A stretch of DNA of 64,000 bases from an uncultured Gammaproteobacteria bacterium. GTDB lineage: Bacteria > Patescibacteriota > Patescibacteriia > Patescibacteriales > GWC2-42-12. Shown here piece by piece: positions 1-8,189 of the stretch. Each line of letters starts with the position of its first letter. Position 1 is the stretch's first letter. The notes under the pieces are model-generated. The model was not told the origin of the DNA, did no database searches, and saw only the letters and a program-made list of their open reading frames with translations. The position numbers and the translations under genes are program-made. Where the stretch lies: NCBI GenBank assembly GCA_964560005.1, contig CAZLKB010000002.1, positions 128,381 through 192,380 of the forward strand, read 5' to 3'.

Positions 1-684
1 TCATTTTTTAATTCATATAAAATCGGCATCATTAAAGGCGCGGAAAATTTAAACGAAAGCGCGGTCAGCGCTTTATTAAAAACCCTGGAAGAACCGAAAA
101 TAAAAGTCATCATAATTTTAACCGTAACTGCATTTGAAGTATTGCCAAAAACCATTATTTCACGCAGTCAGATTTTAAGGTTCCAGCCGGTTAAGAGCGA
201 GGCTATTTATGACGATTTAATGAAGAATCACGGAGCTTCCAGAAGCCAAGCTAAAAATTTTTCAAGATTATGCGCCGGTCGTCCGGCTCTGGCGTTAAAA
301 TTTTTGGAAGATAAAGAGTATTATAAAAATTATAAAAACCGGGCGCAGTCTTTCGTCGGCCTTTTAAGCCGGGATATTAACGAGCGCCTTAAAGCGATTG
401 AGCAAATTATCGGGACGAAATCTTCGGGTCAAGAATCAGTTAAGTCGGCTGGTGAAATTATTGACATCTGGCATGGCTTGGCCAGGGATCAGGTAATTAA
501 AGAGTTAGGTCTGGCCGATTTAGTTCAGTATCAAGCTTTTGATAAGGAACTGGCAGGCTTACAAAATGAATTGAAATTAAGATCACTTTTAAATTTAATA
601 AGCTCCTTAAAACAAGCTAAAGAATATATAAGCGTAAATGTTAATCCTAAGCTGGCGCTAGAGAATGTGGCGGTAAGCATATGA
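1..684 (+). CDS. holB: DNA polymerase III delta-prime subunit (clamp-loader AAA+), 5'-truncated by the window edge
   Basis: Frame 1 is open from base 1. The translation ...NESAVSALLKTLEEPKIKVIIILT... carries the clamp-loader LLKTLEEP box and runs into the tracked 180-aa ORF. TGA stop at 682-684. Confidence 0.75.
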   Translation, partial: SFFNSYKIGIIKGAENLNESAVSALLKTLEEPKIKVIIILTVTAFEVLPKTIISRSQILRFQPVKSEAIYDDLMKNHGASRSQAKNFSRLCAGRPALALKFLEDKEYYKNYKNRAQSFVGLLSRDINERLKAIEQIIGTKSSGQESVKSAGEIIDIWHGLARDQVIKELGLADLVQYQAFDKELAGLQNELKLRSLLNLISSLKQAKEYISVNVNPKLALENVAVSI

Positions 685-853
685 TTAAAGAATTTTTAAT
701 TTTGTAATTTTTAAATAATATCTAATTTTTAATACTTAAATTCTTAAACAAAGACGCTTTTAATTAAAAGACTTATTTAAAAATTAAATATTAATTTATT
801 GAAAATTAATTAAAAATTATAAAATTAAAAATTTAAAAATTATATCATAATTT

Positions 854-1936
854 ATGAAAAGAATTATTTTTTCAAAATTAATACTTTCAATCTTGTTGAT
901 GACTTTAACTTTGTCCGCCTGCTCTATCAATCTCGGCCCCGGTACCGGCAGTAGTTCAAGCAACGCCCTTGACGGCGGGTTATTCAGATCCATGAATAAA
1001 GGAACCAATTGGCAGCAAAAAACCGCGATTTTAACGGTCGGCGCCAAGCAAAGTTTTGCTCCGCTGGATATTATTTCGCTAGCTTCTGATCCTCAAGATA
1101 ACAAAGCAATTTACGCCGGCAGCGCGGGCAACGGCTTATTCTATAGCTATGACGGCGGAGAAAGCTGGCAATTCGCCAGGACTTTAGGAAAAGTCAGCGT
1201 CGCCAATATTGCGGTTGACCCGAACAATAAATGCATTCTCTATGCCACCGTAGCCAATAAAGTATATAAATCAATTGATTGCAGCCGTAATTGGTCGGTA
1301 ATATATTTTGACACTGCTTTAAAAGTAGCCATCACCACCTTGGCCGTTGAAAGCGGCAACAGCCATAATATTTATATCGGCACTTCCCGCGGAGAGATCA
1401 TTAAGAGTTCTGACCAGGGAGATAATTGGAAAACCTTATATCGGTTTAGCGGCCAAGTCAGCAAGATAATGATGAGTCCGGCCGATAATAAGAATATATT
1501 CGCGGCTACTGCCGGCGGTATTTTTCGTTCCGTGGATTCGGGTTTAAACTGGGTCAGCCTTGAAGATAAGTTAAAGGACCTCAAGGGCGGCAAGGCTTTC
1601 CGCGATTGGACTATGACTAAGGCGGCGCAGCCAATCATTTTTTTAGCCACTAAATATGGTTTATTGAAATCAACTGATTACGGCGACAGCTGGTCAAAAA
1701 TTGAATTAATAACCCCTACTCCGAAAACAGCGGTGATAATAAATGCCATCGCGGTCAACCCCCTTGATGCCAATGAAATTTATTATGCCACTGATACAAC
1801 TTTTTATCGCTCCTTGGACGGCGGCAAGACTTGGAATTCAATGAAATTGCCAACCAGCCGGGCGGGCTTGAAGCTGCTGATTGACCAGAAAAATCCCAGT
1901 ATTATTTATTTAACAACCAGACAATTAAAGAAATAG
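854..1936 (+). CDS. Lipoprotein with BNR/Asp-box repeats (beta-propeller, sialidase/Ycf48-like fold)
   Basis: Signal peptide plus lipobox LTLSAC. Repeated SxDxGxxW-type motifs: YDGGESW, SSDQGDNW, SVDSGLNW, STDYGDSW, SLDGGKTW. Confidence 0.7.
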   Translation: MKRIIFSKLILSILLMTLTLSACSINLGPGTGSSSSNALDGGLFRSMNKGTNWQQKTAILTVGAKQSFAPLDIISLASDPQDNKAIYAGSAGNGLFYSYDGGESWQFARTLGKVSVANIAVDPNNKCILYATVANKVYKSIDCSRNWSVIYFDTALKVAITTLAVESGNSHNIYIGTSRGEIIKSSDQGDNWKTLYRFSGQVSKIMMSPADNKNIFAATAGGIFRSVDSGLNWVSLEDKLKDLKGGKAFRDWTMTKAAQPIIFLATKYGLLKSTDYGDSWSKIELITPTPKTAVIINAIAVNPLDANEIYYATDTTFYRSLDGGKTWNSMKLPTSRAGLKLLIDQKNPSIIYLTTRQLKK

Positions 1937-1963
1937 TATTATTAACTAATCTAATGTCTATTT

Positions 1964-2518
1964 ATGAATCAATACATTCAAGCCAAGCAAAATGATTTAG
2001 CCAAAACTCTTGATTTTTTTAAGAAAGACATCTCCGGCCTAAGAACCGGGCGGGCCAATCCGTCAATTTTAGACGGGATCTTAGTTGAAGCTTACGGCAC
2101 TAAGACGCCGTTGGCGGGGCTGGCCGGCATCAGTATTCCTGAAGCGCGCAGCATCGTCATCACCCCTTGGGATAAGAGCATTATTAAAGATGTTGAAAAA
2201 GCCATTGTGGCGGCCGATTTGGGATTAAATCCGGTTAATGAAGGTGAAAAAATCAGGCTGGTGGTGCCGCAGTTAACCGAGGAAAATCGCCATGAATTGG
2301 TTAAAAAATTAAGCGAGAAAATGGAAGTTTCCAGAATTTCTTTAAGGCAGACCAGGGATGAAATTAAAGAATTGATTGAGGCGGCCTTTAAGAGCAAGGC
2401 TATGAGCGAAGACGATAAATTTCGTTTTCTTAAAGAATTAGACGAAGAAATCGCCCGTAAAAATGACGAATTGAAGAAGATTAAAGATAAGAAGGAAGAA
2501 GAGATTATGACGATATAG
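1964..2518 (+). CDS. frr: Ribosome recycling factor
   Basis: 184 aa, with the RTGRANPSILDGILVEAYG block and a charged helical C-terminus typical of RRF. Confidence 0.9.
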   Translation: MNQYIQAKQNDLAKTLDFFKKDISGLRTGRANPSILDGILVEAYGTKTPLAGLAGISIPEARSIVITPWDKSIIKDVEKAIVAADLGLNPVNEGEKIRLVVPQLTEENRHELVKKLSEKMEVSRISLRQTRDEIKELIEAAFKSKAMSEDDKFRFLKELDEEIARKNDELKKIKDKKEEEIMTI

Positions 2519-2702
2519 TATAATGACAAATTTCCAATGATAAATGTCAAATCAATGTCAAATGACTAAATGACAAATTAATTAATTTTTTGGCATTTGA
2601 AATTTGACATTTTGACTTGATTTGTCATTAGTCATTTGTCATTATTATTTAACTTAAACATTTTAATCAAATTTTAATCTACATATTGTTTAATAATATT
2701 AT

Positions 2703-3866
2703 ATGTTTTTAACTATTATCGTTTTTATTATAGTTCTTTCCGTGCTGGTCTTCGCCCACGAACTCGGCCATTTCGCCATGGCCAGAAAATTCGGCGTTAA
2801 AGCGGAAGAATTCGGTTTCGGCTTTCCGCCCCGAGCCTTTGGATTTTATAAAGATAATCTGGGCAAGTGGAAATATATTTTCGGAAGTAAAGTTGTAACC
2901 GATTGTCCAGGCACGGTGTATTCTATTAATTGGCTGCCCTTGGGCGGTTTCGTCAAAATTAAAGGTGAAAACGGCGAAGGTGAAAATGAGCCGGATAGCT
3001 TCGCTTCACGGCCGATTTGGCAACGAGCGATTATGCTTTCGGCCGGAGTGGTGATGAATGTTATTTTAGCCATGGCGTTAATTATCGCCGGTTTTATGGT
3101 CGGCTTGCCCCAGTCGCTAGATAGTAGTTTAGACGCGCGCGCCCGGATTAGCGATAGAAAAATTCAGATTGTTCAAGTTATAAAGGATTCGCCGGCCGAA
3201 TCGGCTGAACTGAAAATAGGGGATACGATTATCAGCATAGACGATAATACATTTTTAAATTTTGAGGAATTGAAGAACTATGTGGATTCTAAAATCGGGC
3301 AAGAGTTGAATTATAAAATAAAGCGCGGCCAAGAATTAACCGATAAGCTGGTTACGCCGGTGTTAATAAGCGAAACCAATAAAGGCGGAATCGGCGTAGC
3401 TTTAAGTGAAACCGGTATTGTCCGTTATCCCTGGTATTTGGCGATTTGGCAGGGTTTTATAACCACCTTTGTATTAATTTGGGCGATTATAACGGCTTTT
3501 TATGAATTGATTAAGGGTTTAATTTTCGGCCATGGCGTAACCGCCGATCTGTCCGGCCCGGTTGGTATTGCCACCCTGACCGGCCAGGTTGCGCGCATGG
3601 GTTTCATTTATCTCATGCAATTTACGGCCTTGCTTTCCATCAACTTGGCGGTAATAAACTTTTTTCCTTTTCCGGCCTTGGACGGTGGCAGAGTTTTATT
3701 TTTAATCATTGAAAAGATAAAGAGAGGGCCGGTAAGAAGAGAGCTTGAAGGCATGATCCATAATATTGGTTTTATTCTGCTGATGGTATTGGTAGTGGTA
3801 GTGACTTTCCGGGATATTTCCAGGTTTGGCAATGTGTTTAAAAATATTTGGGAGAAGATATTCTAA
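2703..3866 (+). CDS. rseP: RIP metalloprotease RseP (M50 site-2 protease)
   Basis: HELGH zinc motif in the first TM helix, a central PDZ-like segment, and the C-terminal NFFPFPALDGG motif (NxxPxxxLDG). Confidence 0.85.
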   Translation: MFLTIIVFIIVLSVLVFAHELGHFAMARKFGVKAEEFGFGFPPRAFGFYKDNLGKWKYIFGSKVVTDCPGTVYSINWLPLGGFVKIKGENGEGENEPDSFASRPIWQRAIMLSAGVVMNVILAMALIIAGFMVGLPQSLDSSLDARARISDRKIQIVQVIKDSPAESAELKIGDTIISIDDNTFLNFEELKNYVDSKIGQELNYKIKRGQELTDKLVTPVLISETNKGGIGVALSETGIVRYPWYLAIWQGFITTFVLIWAIITAFYELIKGLIFGHGVTADLSGPVGIATLTGQVARMGFIYLMQFTALLSINLAVINFFPFPALDGGRVLFLIIEKIKRGPVRRELEGMIHNIGFILLMVLVVVVTFRDISRFGNVFKNIWEKIF

Positions 3867-3989
3867 AAATGAAAAATGTAAATCTCAAAGTGTAAAATGA
3901 CAATGTAAAATTTAAAATTGTAATTTAATAAATTTTGCATTTTAAACTGTCATTTTTAACTTTGATTTTTACACTTTAAACTTATTATT

Positions 3990-4334
3990 ATGCAACTAAA
4001 CATCAAAGCCACGAATTTAGAATTAACGCCTAAATTAAAAGAATATATCCAGCTGAAAATGGATATGATGGATAAGTATTTGGGTAAATTCAAAGTTATC
4101 AGCGCGCGCCTGGAAGTTGAGAAGACCACTAACCATCATCTTAAAGGCGAGATTTACCGCGCTGAAGTCAATTTGGTCGTGGCCGGTGATTTGCTAAGAG
4201 TGGAAAAAACCGAAAAAGATGTCTTTAAGGCCATTGATAAAGTCAAAGATCATTTAGACTTAGTTATAAAAAAATATAAAGATAAAAAAATTGACAGGAA
4301 AAAGAAGAAAGTAAAATTAGGGGCGATGGTATAA
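3990..4334 (+). CDS. hpf: Ribosome hibernation promoting factor / RaiA family
   Basis: 114 aa with an N-terminus typical of the sigma-54 modulation protein/S30EA family (MQLNIKATNLELTPKLKEYI...YRAEVNL). Confidence 0.75.
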   Translation: MQLNIKATNLELTPKLKEYIQLKMDMMDKYLGKFKVISARLEVEKTTNHHLKGEIYRAEVNLVVAGDLLRVEKTEKDVFKAIDKVKDHLDLVIKKYKDKKIDRKKKKVKLGAMV

Positions 4335-4396
4335 GATTTAAGACTTGATTTTTTAGTTAATTAATTATATAATGAAACTGTTTTTATAATCATTTA

Positions 4397-4440
4397 ACAC
4401 GCTTCAGCCCGCCTGACGGTAGGCAGGCGTGTATTTTTAT
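4397..4440 (+). terminator. Hairpin downstream of hpf (possible intrinsic terminator)
   Basis: ACACGC (4397-4402) pairs with GCGTGT (4427-4432). These enclose GCCTG/CAGGC (4411-4415/4424-4428) and are followed by a T-rich run. Confidence 0.45.
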
Positions 4441-4530
4441 CTACAAATAATGTAATTCGAATACTACAAATAGCACACGAATACTACGAATTATTTTTGT
4501 AGTATTCGAATATCATTCGTAGTATATGCA
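4441..4530. repeat. AT-rich palindrome upstream of secA (CGAATACTAC word family)
   Basis: A 16-bp perfect inverted repeat: ATTCGAATACTACAAA (4455-4470) against TTTGTAGTATTCGAAT (4496-4511). Further copies of CGAATACTAC/GTAGTA words lie nearby. Confidence 0.7.
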
Positions 4531-4539
4531 TTATAATTT

Positions 4540-7533
4540 ATGTCTATTATCGATAAAATTTTCGGTGATCCTAATGAAAAGGTAATAAAATCCTTGCGCC
4601 CGGTCGTGGAGCAGATTAATGCTTTGGAAAATAAGTTTAAGGCAATGAGCGATGAAGAGTTGCGCGCGCAAACCGCGGAGTTTAGAAAAAGGTTGGGGGT
4701 GAGCAGTGAATTTAATCCCCTTAACCCCTCCGCCTCGGCAAGCCTAAGGCGAGACGGGCCTTTGGAAGTGGGGCAAGACCTGGGAAAAAAATTAAAAGAA
4801 ATTTTACCCGAAGCTTTCGCCGTGGTCAGGGAAGCGGCTAAGAGAGTCTTGGGGCAGAGGCATTATGATGTTCAGCTTATGGGCGGCATGGTATTGCATC
4901 ACGGCCAAATCGCGGAAATGAGAACCGGCGAAGGCAAGACTCTGGTAGCGACTCTGCCGGCTTATCTAAACGCTTTGCCAGGAAAAGGCGTGCATGTAAT
5001 CACAGTTAATGATTACCTGGCTAAGCGCGACGCCGAGTGGATGGGCAAGGTTTATAGTTTTCTTGGGTTAAGTGTGGGGTGCATAACGCATGAGCAGGCG
5101 TTTAAATATAATTCAGCTCAGAATGGAATAATCCCCCTAACCCCCTTTATCAAGGGGGCAGATAATGAAAGCAAATTAATTCTGGTGCCGCGTAAGGAAG
5201 CATATAACTGCGACATTCTTTATGGCACCAACAACGAATATGGCTTTGATTACTTAAGAGATAATATGGTGCCTGATTTAGCGTCAATGGTGCAGCGGGG
5301 TTTGAATTACGCGATCGTTGATGAAGTAGACTCAATTTTAATTGATGAAGCCAGAACGCCGCTGATTATCAGTTCTCCGGCCGAAGAATCAACGGATAAA
5401 TATTTTCAATTTGCCGATCTGGTGGAGAGGCTTAAGGAAAACGAAGATTATAATATTGACGAAAAAATGCGCGCCGCCACCTTAAGCGAAGCTGGCATTG
5501 CTAAAATGGAAAAATTAATGGGCGTGGAAAATATCTATACCTCCGGCGGAATTTCTGAGGTGCATCACATTGAGCAGGCTTTAAAAGCACGGGTGCTATT
5601 TAAACGAGACCGAGATTATGTGGTAAAAAACAACGAAGTGATTATTGTTGATGAATTTACCGGCAGATTGATGTATGGCCGGCGCTATAGCGAGGGACTC
5701 CACCAGGCGATTGAAGCCAAAGAAAAAGTCAAAGTCCAGCGGGAATCGCAAACTTTGGCCACGGTGACTTTTCAAAATTATTTCAGAATGTATAAAAAAT
5801 TATCCGGCATGACCGGTACGGCCTTAACTGAAGCCGAAGAGTTTTCTAAAATATACAAGCTGGAAACAGTGGTTATTCCGACTAATAAGCCGATGACCAG
5901 AAAAGATCTTAATGACTTGGTTTATCGTAGCGAACAGGGTAAATTTAAGGCCGTGGTGGAAGAAGTTAAGCGCCGCCACGCAACCGGCCAGCCGATTTTA
6001 GTCGGCACCATTTCAATTGAACGAAATGAAATTCTAGGCGAGATGCTGGAGCGGGAAGGCATCACACCCCAGGTTTTAAACGCCAAGCATCATGAAAAAG
6101 AAGCGCAGATCATCGCCCAGGCCGGCCGGCTGGGCACGGTCACCATCGCCACCAATATGGCCGGCCGCGGCGTGGACATCATGCTCGGCGGAGTACCGCC
6201 AAAGAAGTCAGAAGTCAGAAGTCAGAAGTCAGAAAGGAATGCTGATTTAGCATCAGACAATTCTGAATATGAAAAGTGGCGCGAGGAATACGACAAGGTG
6301 AAAGAACTGGGAGGGTTGCATATCATCGGTACCGAGCGGCATGAAGCCAGGCGCATTGATAATCAGTTAAGAGGCCGGGCCGGACGCCAGGGCGATCCGG
6401 GCTCCAGCCAATTTTATGTTTCCATGGAAGACGACTTAATGCGCATTTTCGGCGGCGACCGCATGAAAAATTTAATGACCACTTTAAGAGTGCCGGAAGA
6501 TATGCCGATTGAAAACGGCATGGTTTCCCGCTCCATTGAGTCGGCCCAGAGAAAAGTTGAGGGCAATAATTTTGACATCAGAAAACACTTGGTTGAGTAC
6601 GACGATGTGATTAATAAGCACAGAGAGTCAATTTATCGGAAGAGAAAAGAAATATTGGAATTGGCGGAAGGCAGCACTGTCATTCTGGAGCCGAAGGCGA
6701 TAGAATCCCATGGTTCAGAGGTTATTCAGGGAGATCCTATCGGTCGCTCCGCTCCCTCCAGGATGACAGAAATCTTTCTAGAAATGATTTTAAATGAAAT
6801 TGAACAAGCGGTGATTTTTCATACGGCGGCCGATGCTTCCAAAGACTGGAACATTAACGAAATTTCTCAAGTTATCTCAACTATTTTTACAGTTGAGCCA
6901 AAATTGAAAGATGATTTAGCCGGCTTTATTAAAGATGGAGATAAATTGGATAAAGTGAAGATTAGGACGAATATTATTGAGTATCTGGAAAAATTAACCA
7001 GGAGTAATTATGAAAAAATTACCAGACTGGCGGCCGAAGCCGGTCTAAATTGGCAGCAGGTGGAAAAAGCCGTCTTAATCAGGTCAATGGACATGCTCTG
7101 GATGGAGCACTTGGAGGCTATGGATCATATGCGCGCCGGAATCGGCCTTAGGGGCTACGGCCAAAGAGACCCTTTAATAGAATATAAAAAAGAAGCTTAC
7201 ATTTTATATAATGAATTGAATAATTTAATTCAGAAGCAAGTGGCGTATTCCATCTTTAAAGTGGCTGACTTGGGGAATTTCGCCGTGCCAACCCTTAAAA
7301 CGCGGCCGCAAAATTATATCGCTCCGGCTAAGACCATGGATAAAAATACCGGTTCGTTTTCAGCTTTTAAGAAGGGTGATGACCCTTCGGCTGGCTCAGG
7401 GCGGGATAAAAAAAATCAAATCGTTGATCTGGTTCATGAAAAAGTAAAAGATGCTTTGGGCGAAAAGATCGGCCGTAACGACCCCTGCCCTTGCGGTAGC
7501 GGGAAAAAGTTTAAAAAGTGCTGCGGGAAATAA
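4540..7533 (+). CDS. secA: Preprotein translocase ATPase SecA (with four in-frame palindromic insertions)
   Basis: Motor motifs MRTGEGKTL, DEVDSILIDEARTPLIIS, TNMAGRGVDI and GRAGRQGDPG, plus the C-terminal zinc motif CPCGSGKKFKKCCG. Confidence 0.95.
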   Translation: MSIIDKIFGDPNEKVIKSLRPVVEQINALENKFKAMSDEELRAQTAEFRKRLGVSSEFNPLNPSASASLRRDGPLEVGQDLGKKLKEILPEAFAVVREAAKRVLGQRHYDVQLMGGMVLHHGQIAEMRTGEGKTLVATLPAYLNALPGKGVHVITVNDYLAKRDAEWMGKVYSFLGLSVGCITHEQAFKYNSAQNGIIPLTPFIKGADNESKLILVPRKEAYNCDILYGTNNEYGFDYLRDNMVPDLASMVQRGLNYAIVDEVDSILIDEARTPLIISSPAEESTDKYFQFADLVERLKENEDYNIDEKMRAATLSEAGIAKMEKLMGVENIYTSGGISEVHHIEQALKARVLFKRDRDYVVKNNEVIIVDEFTGRLMYGRRYSEGLHQAIEAKEKVKVQRESQTLATVTFQNYFRMYKKLSGMTGTALTEAEEFSKIYKLETVVIPTNKPMTRKDLNDLVYRSEQGKFKAVVEEVKRRHATGQPILVGTISIERNEILGEMLEREGITPQVLNAKHHEKEAQIIAQAGRLGTVTIATNMAGRGVDIMLGGVPPKKSEVRSQKSERNADLASDNSEYEKWREEYDKVKELGGLHIIGTERHEARRIDNQLRGRAGRQGDPGSSQFYVSMEDDLMRIFGGDRMKNLMTTLRVPEDMPIENGMVSRSIESAQRKVEGNNFDIRKHLVEYDDVINKHRESIYRKRKEILELAEGSTVILEPKAIESHGSEVIQGDPIGRSAPSRMTEIFLEMILNEIEQAVIFHTAADASKDWNINEISQVISTIFTVEPKLKDDLAGFIKDGDKLDKVKIRTNIIEYLEKLTRSNYEKITRLAAEAGLNWQQVEKAVLIRSMDMLWMEHLEAMDHMRAGIGLRGYGQRDPLIEYKKEAYILYNELNNLIQKQVAYSIFKVADLGNFAVPTLKTRPQNYIAPAKTMDKNTGSFSAFKKGDDPSAGSGRDKKNQIVDLVHEKVKDALGEKIGRNDPCPCGSGKKFKKCCGK
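4714..4773. repeat. CCCCTAACCCC-family palindromic element, in frame inside secA
   Basis: AATCCCCTTAACCCC...GTGGGG, 60 bp (20 codons), translated FNPLNPSASASLRRDGPLEVG. The 5' end matches the elements at 5130 and 55435. Confidence 0.6.
5130..5158. repeat. CCCCTAACCCC-family hairpin element inside secA
   Basis: AATCCCCCTAACCCCCTTTATCAAGGGGG, with a CCCCC/GGGGG stem. Translated as IIPLTPFIKG in a variable SecA loop. Confidence 0.6.
6204..6265. repeat. Tandem 7-mer plus small hairpin inside secA
   Basis: GAAGTCA x4 (6204-6231), followed by a CTGAT-TTAGC-ATCAG hairpin. Translated KKSEVRSQKSERNADLASD after the DIMLGG block. Confidence 0.55.
6677..6769. repeat. 93-bp palindromic element, in frame inside secA
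   Basis: CTGTCATTCTGGAG (6677-6690) pairs with CTCCAGGATGACAG (6756-6769). The inner pair is CGATAGAATCCC / GGGAGATCCTATCG. 93 bp is exactly 31 codons. Confidence 0.75.
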
Positions 7534-7565
7534 GGAAGAACACCTTAAATTATGAAAAATTTAAT

Positions 7566-7904
7566 ATGTCAGAATATATCGATTTCAAACCAAAATTTGA
7601 GTCAGACGAAAAAATTAAGGGAGAATTTGAAAGACTATTGAAAATTCATGCAATTTTAAAAGAAATGGGATTTAAAATTTGGGAGTACGCTTCAACGTTT
7701 GAAAATTTTAAGGAAGAGTGGGATAAAAGGACGGCGTTTCCTTTAGTTTGGGAAGGGGGAAACGGAATTCGCGTATCACCTGATAGATGGAAAGGATTGG
7801 TTGTTTGGTTCACAAACTCTTTTGAAGATCCGGAAAATCCAGTTCGTCTAAAAGTGAAAGAAAGGTTAACAGTAGAAGGTTTATGGAATAGAGAGGGAAA
7901 TTAA
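7566..7904 (+). CDS. Hypothetical protein
   Basis: The tracked ORF starts at a GTG overlapping the secA end. The ATG at 7566 is the more plausible start. No motif recognised. Confidence 0.4.
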   Translation: MSEYIDFKPKFESDEKIKGEFERLLKIHAILKEMGFKIWEYASTFENFKEEWDKRTAFPLVWEGGNGIRVSPDRWKGLVVWFTNSFEDPENPVRLKVKERLTVEGLWNREGN

Positions 7905-8105
7905 GCGCCAATCAAATTAAAAACATAAAACTGGACAGGAAAGAAATCCTTGAATACCAGTTTATGCGAATTGACCAGGCTTTACCGTTATTAAGCGAAA
8001 AGTTAAAATTGAGATTGCCTCAATGTTTAGCCGCGCTACAAAAAAACACTGCGGTTTATTTGGAAGACGGTAAATAATTATTTAATATTAGCCTTTTATT
8101 TACTC

Positions 8106-8134
8106 TTGATTTTATCTCGGAATTGAATTAGAAT
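8106..8134 (+). promoter_or_regulatory. Candidate sigma-70-type promoter for secD
   Basis: TTGATT (8106-8111), 17-nt spacer, TAGAAT (8129-8134). Confidence 0.4.
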
Positions 8135-8189
8135 TTAATATAAGAGAATGTCTTTATTTATTTGCACCCTTCGCGGGTGTTCTTAATTT

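Noticed and set aside
7905-8189. Possible gene remnant or small ORF between the 7566 gene and secD
   Set aside because: Careful codon-by-codon reading gives only a 53-aa Met-initiated ORF (from 7964) with a hydrophobic, low-complexity tail. The evidence is not enough to annotate it.
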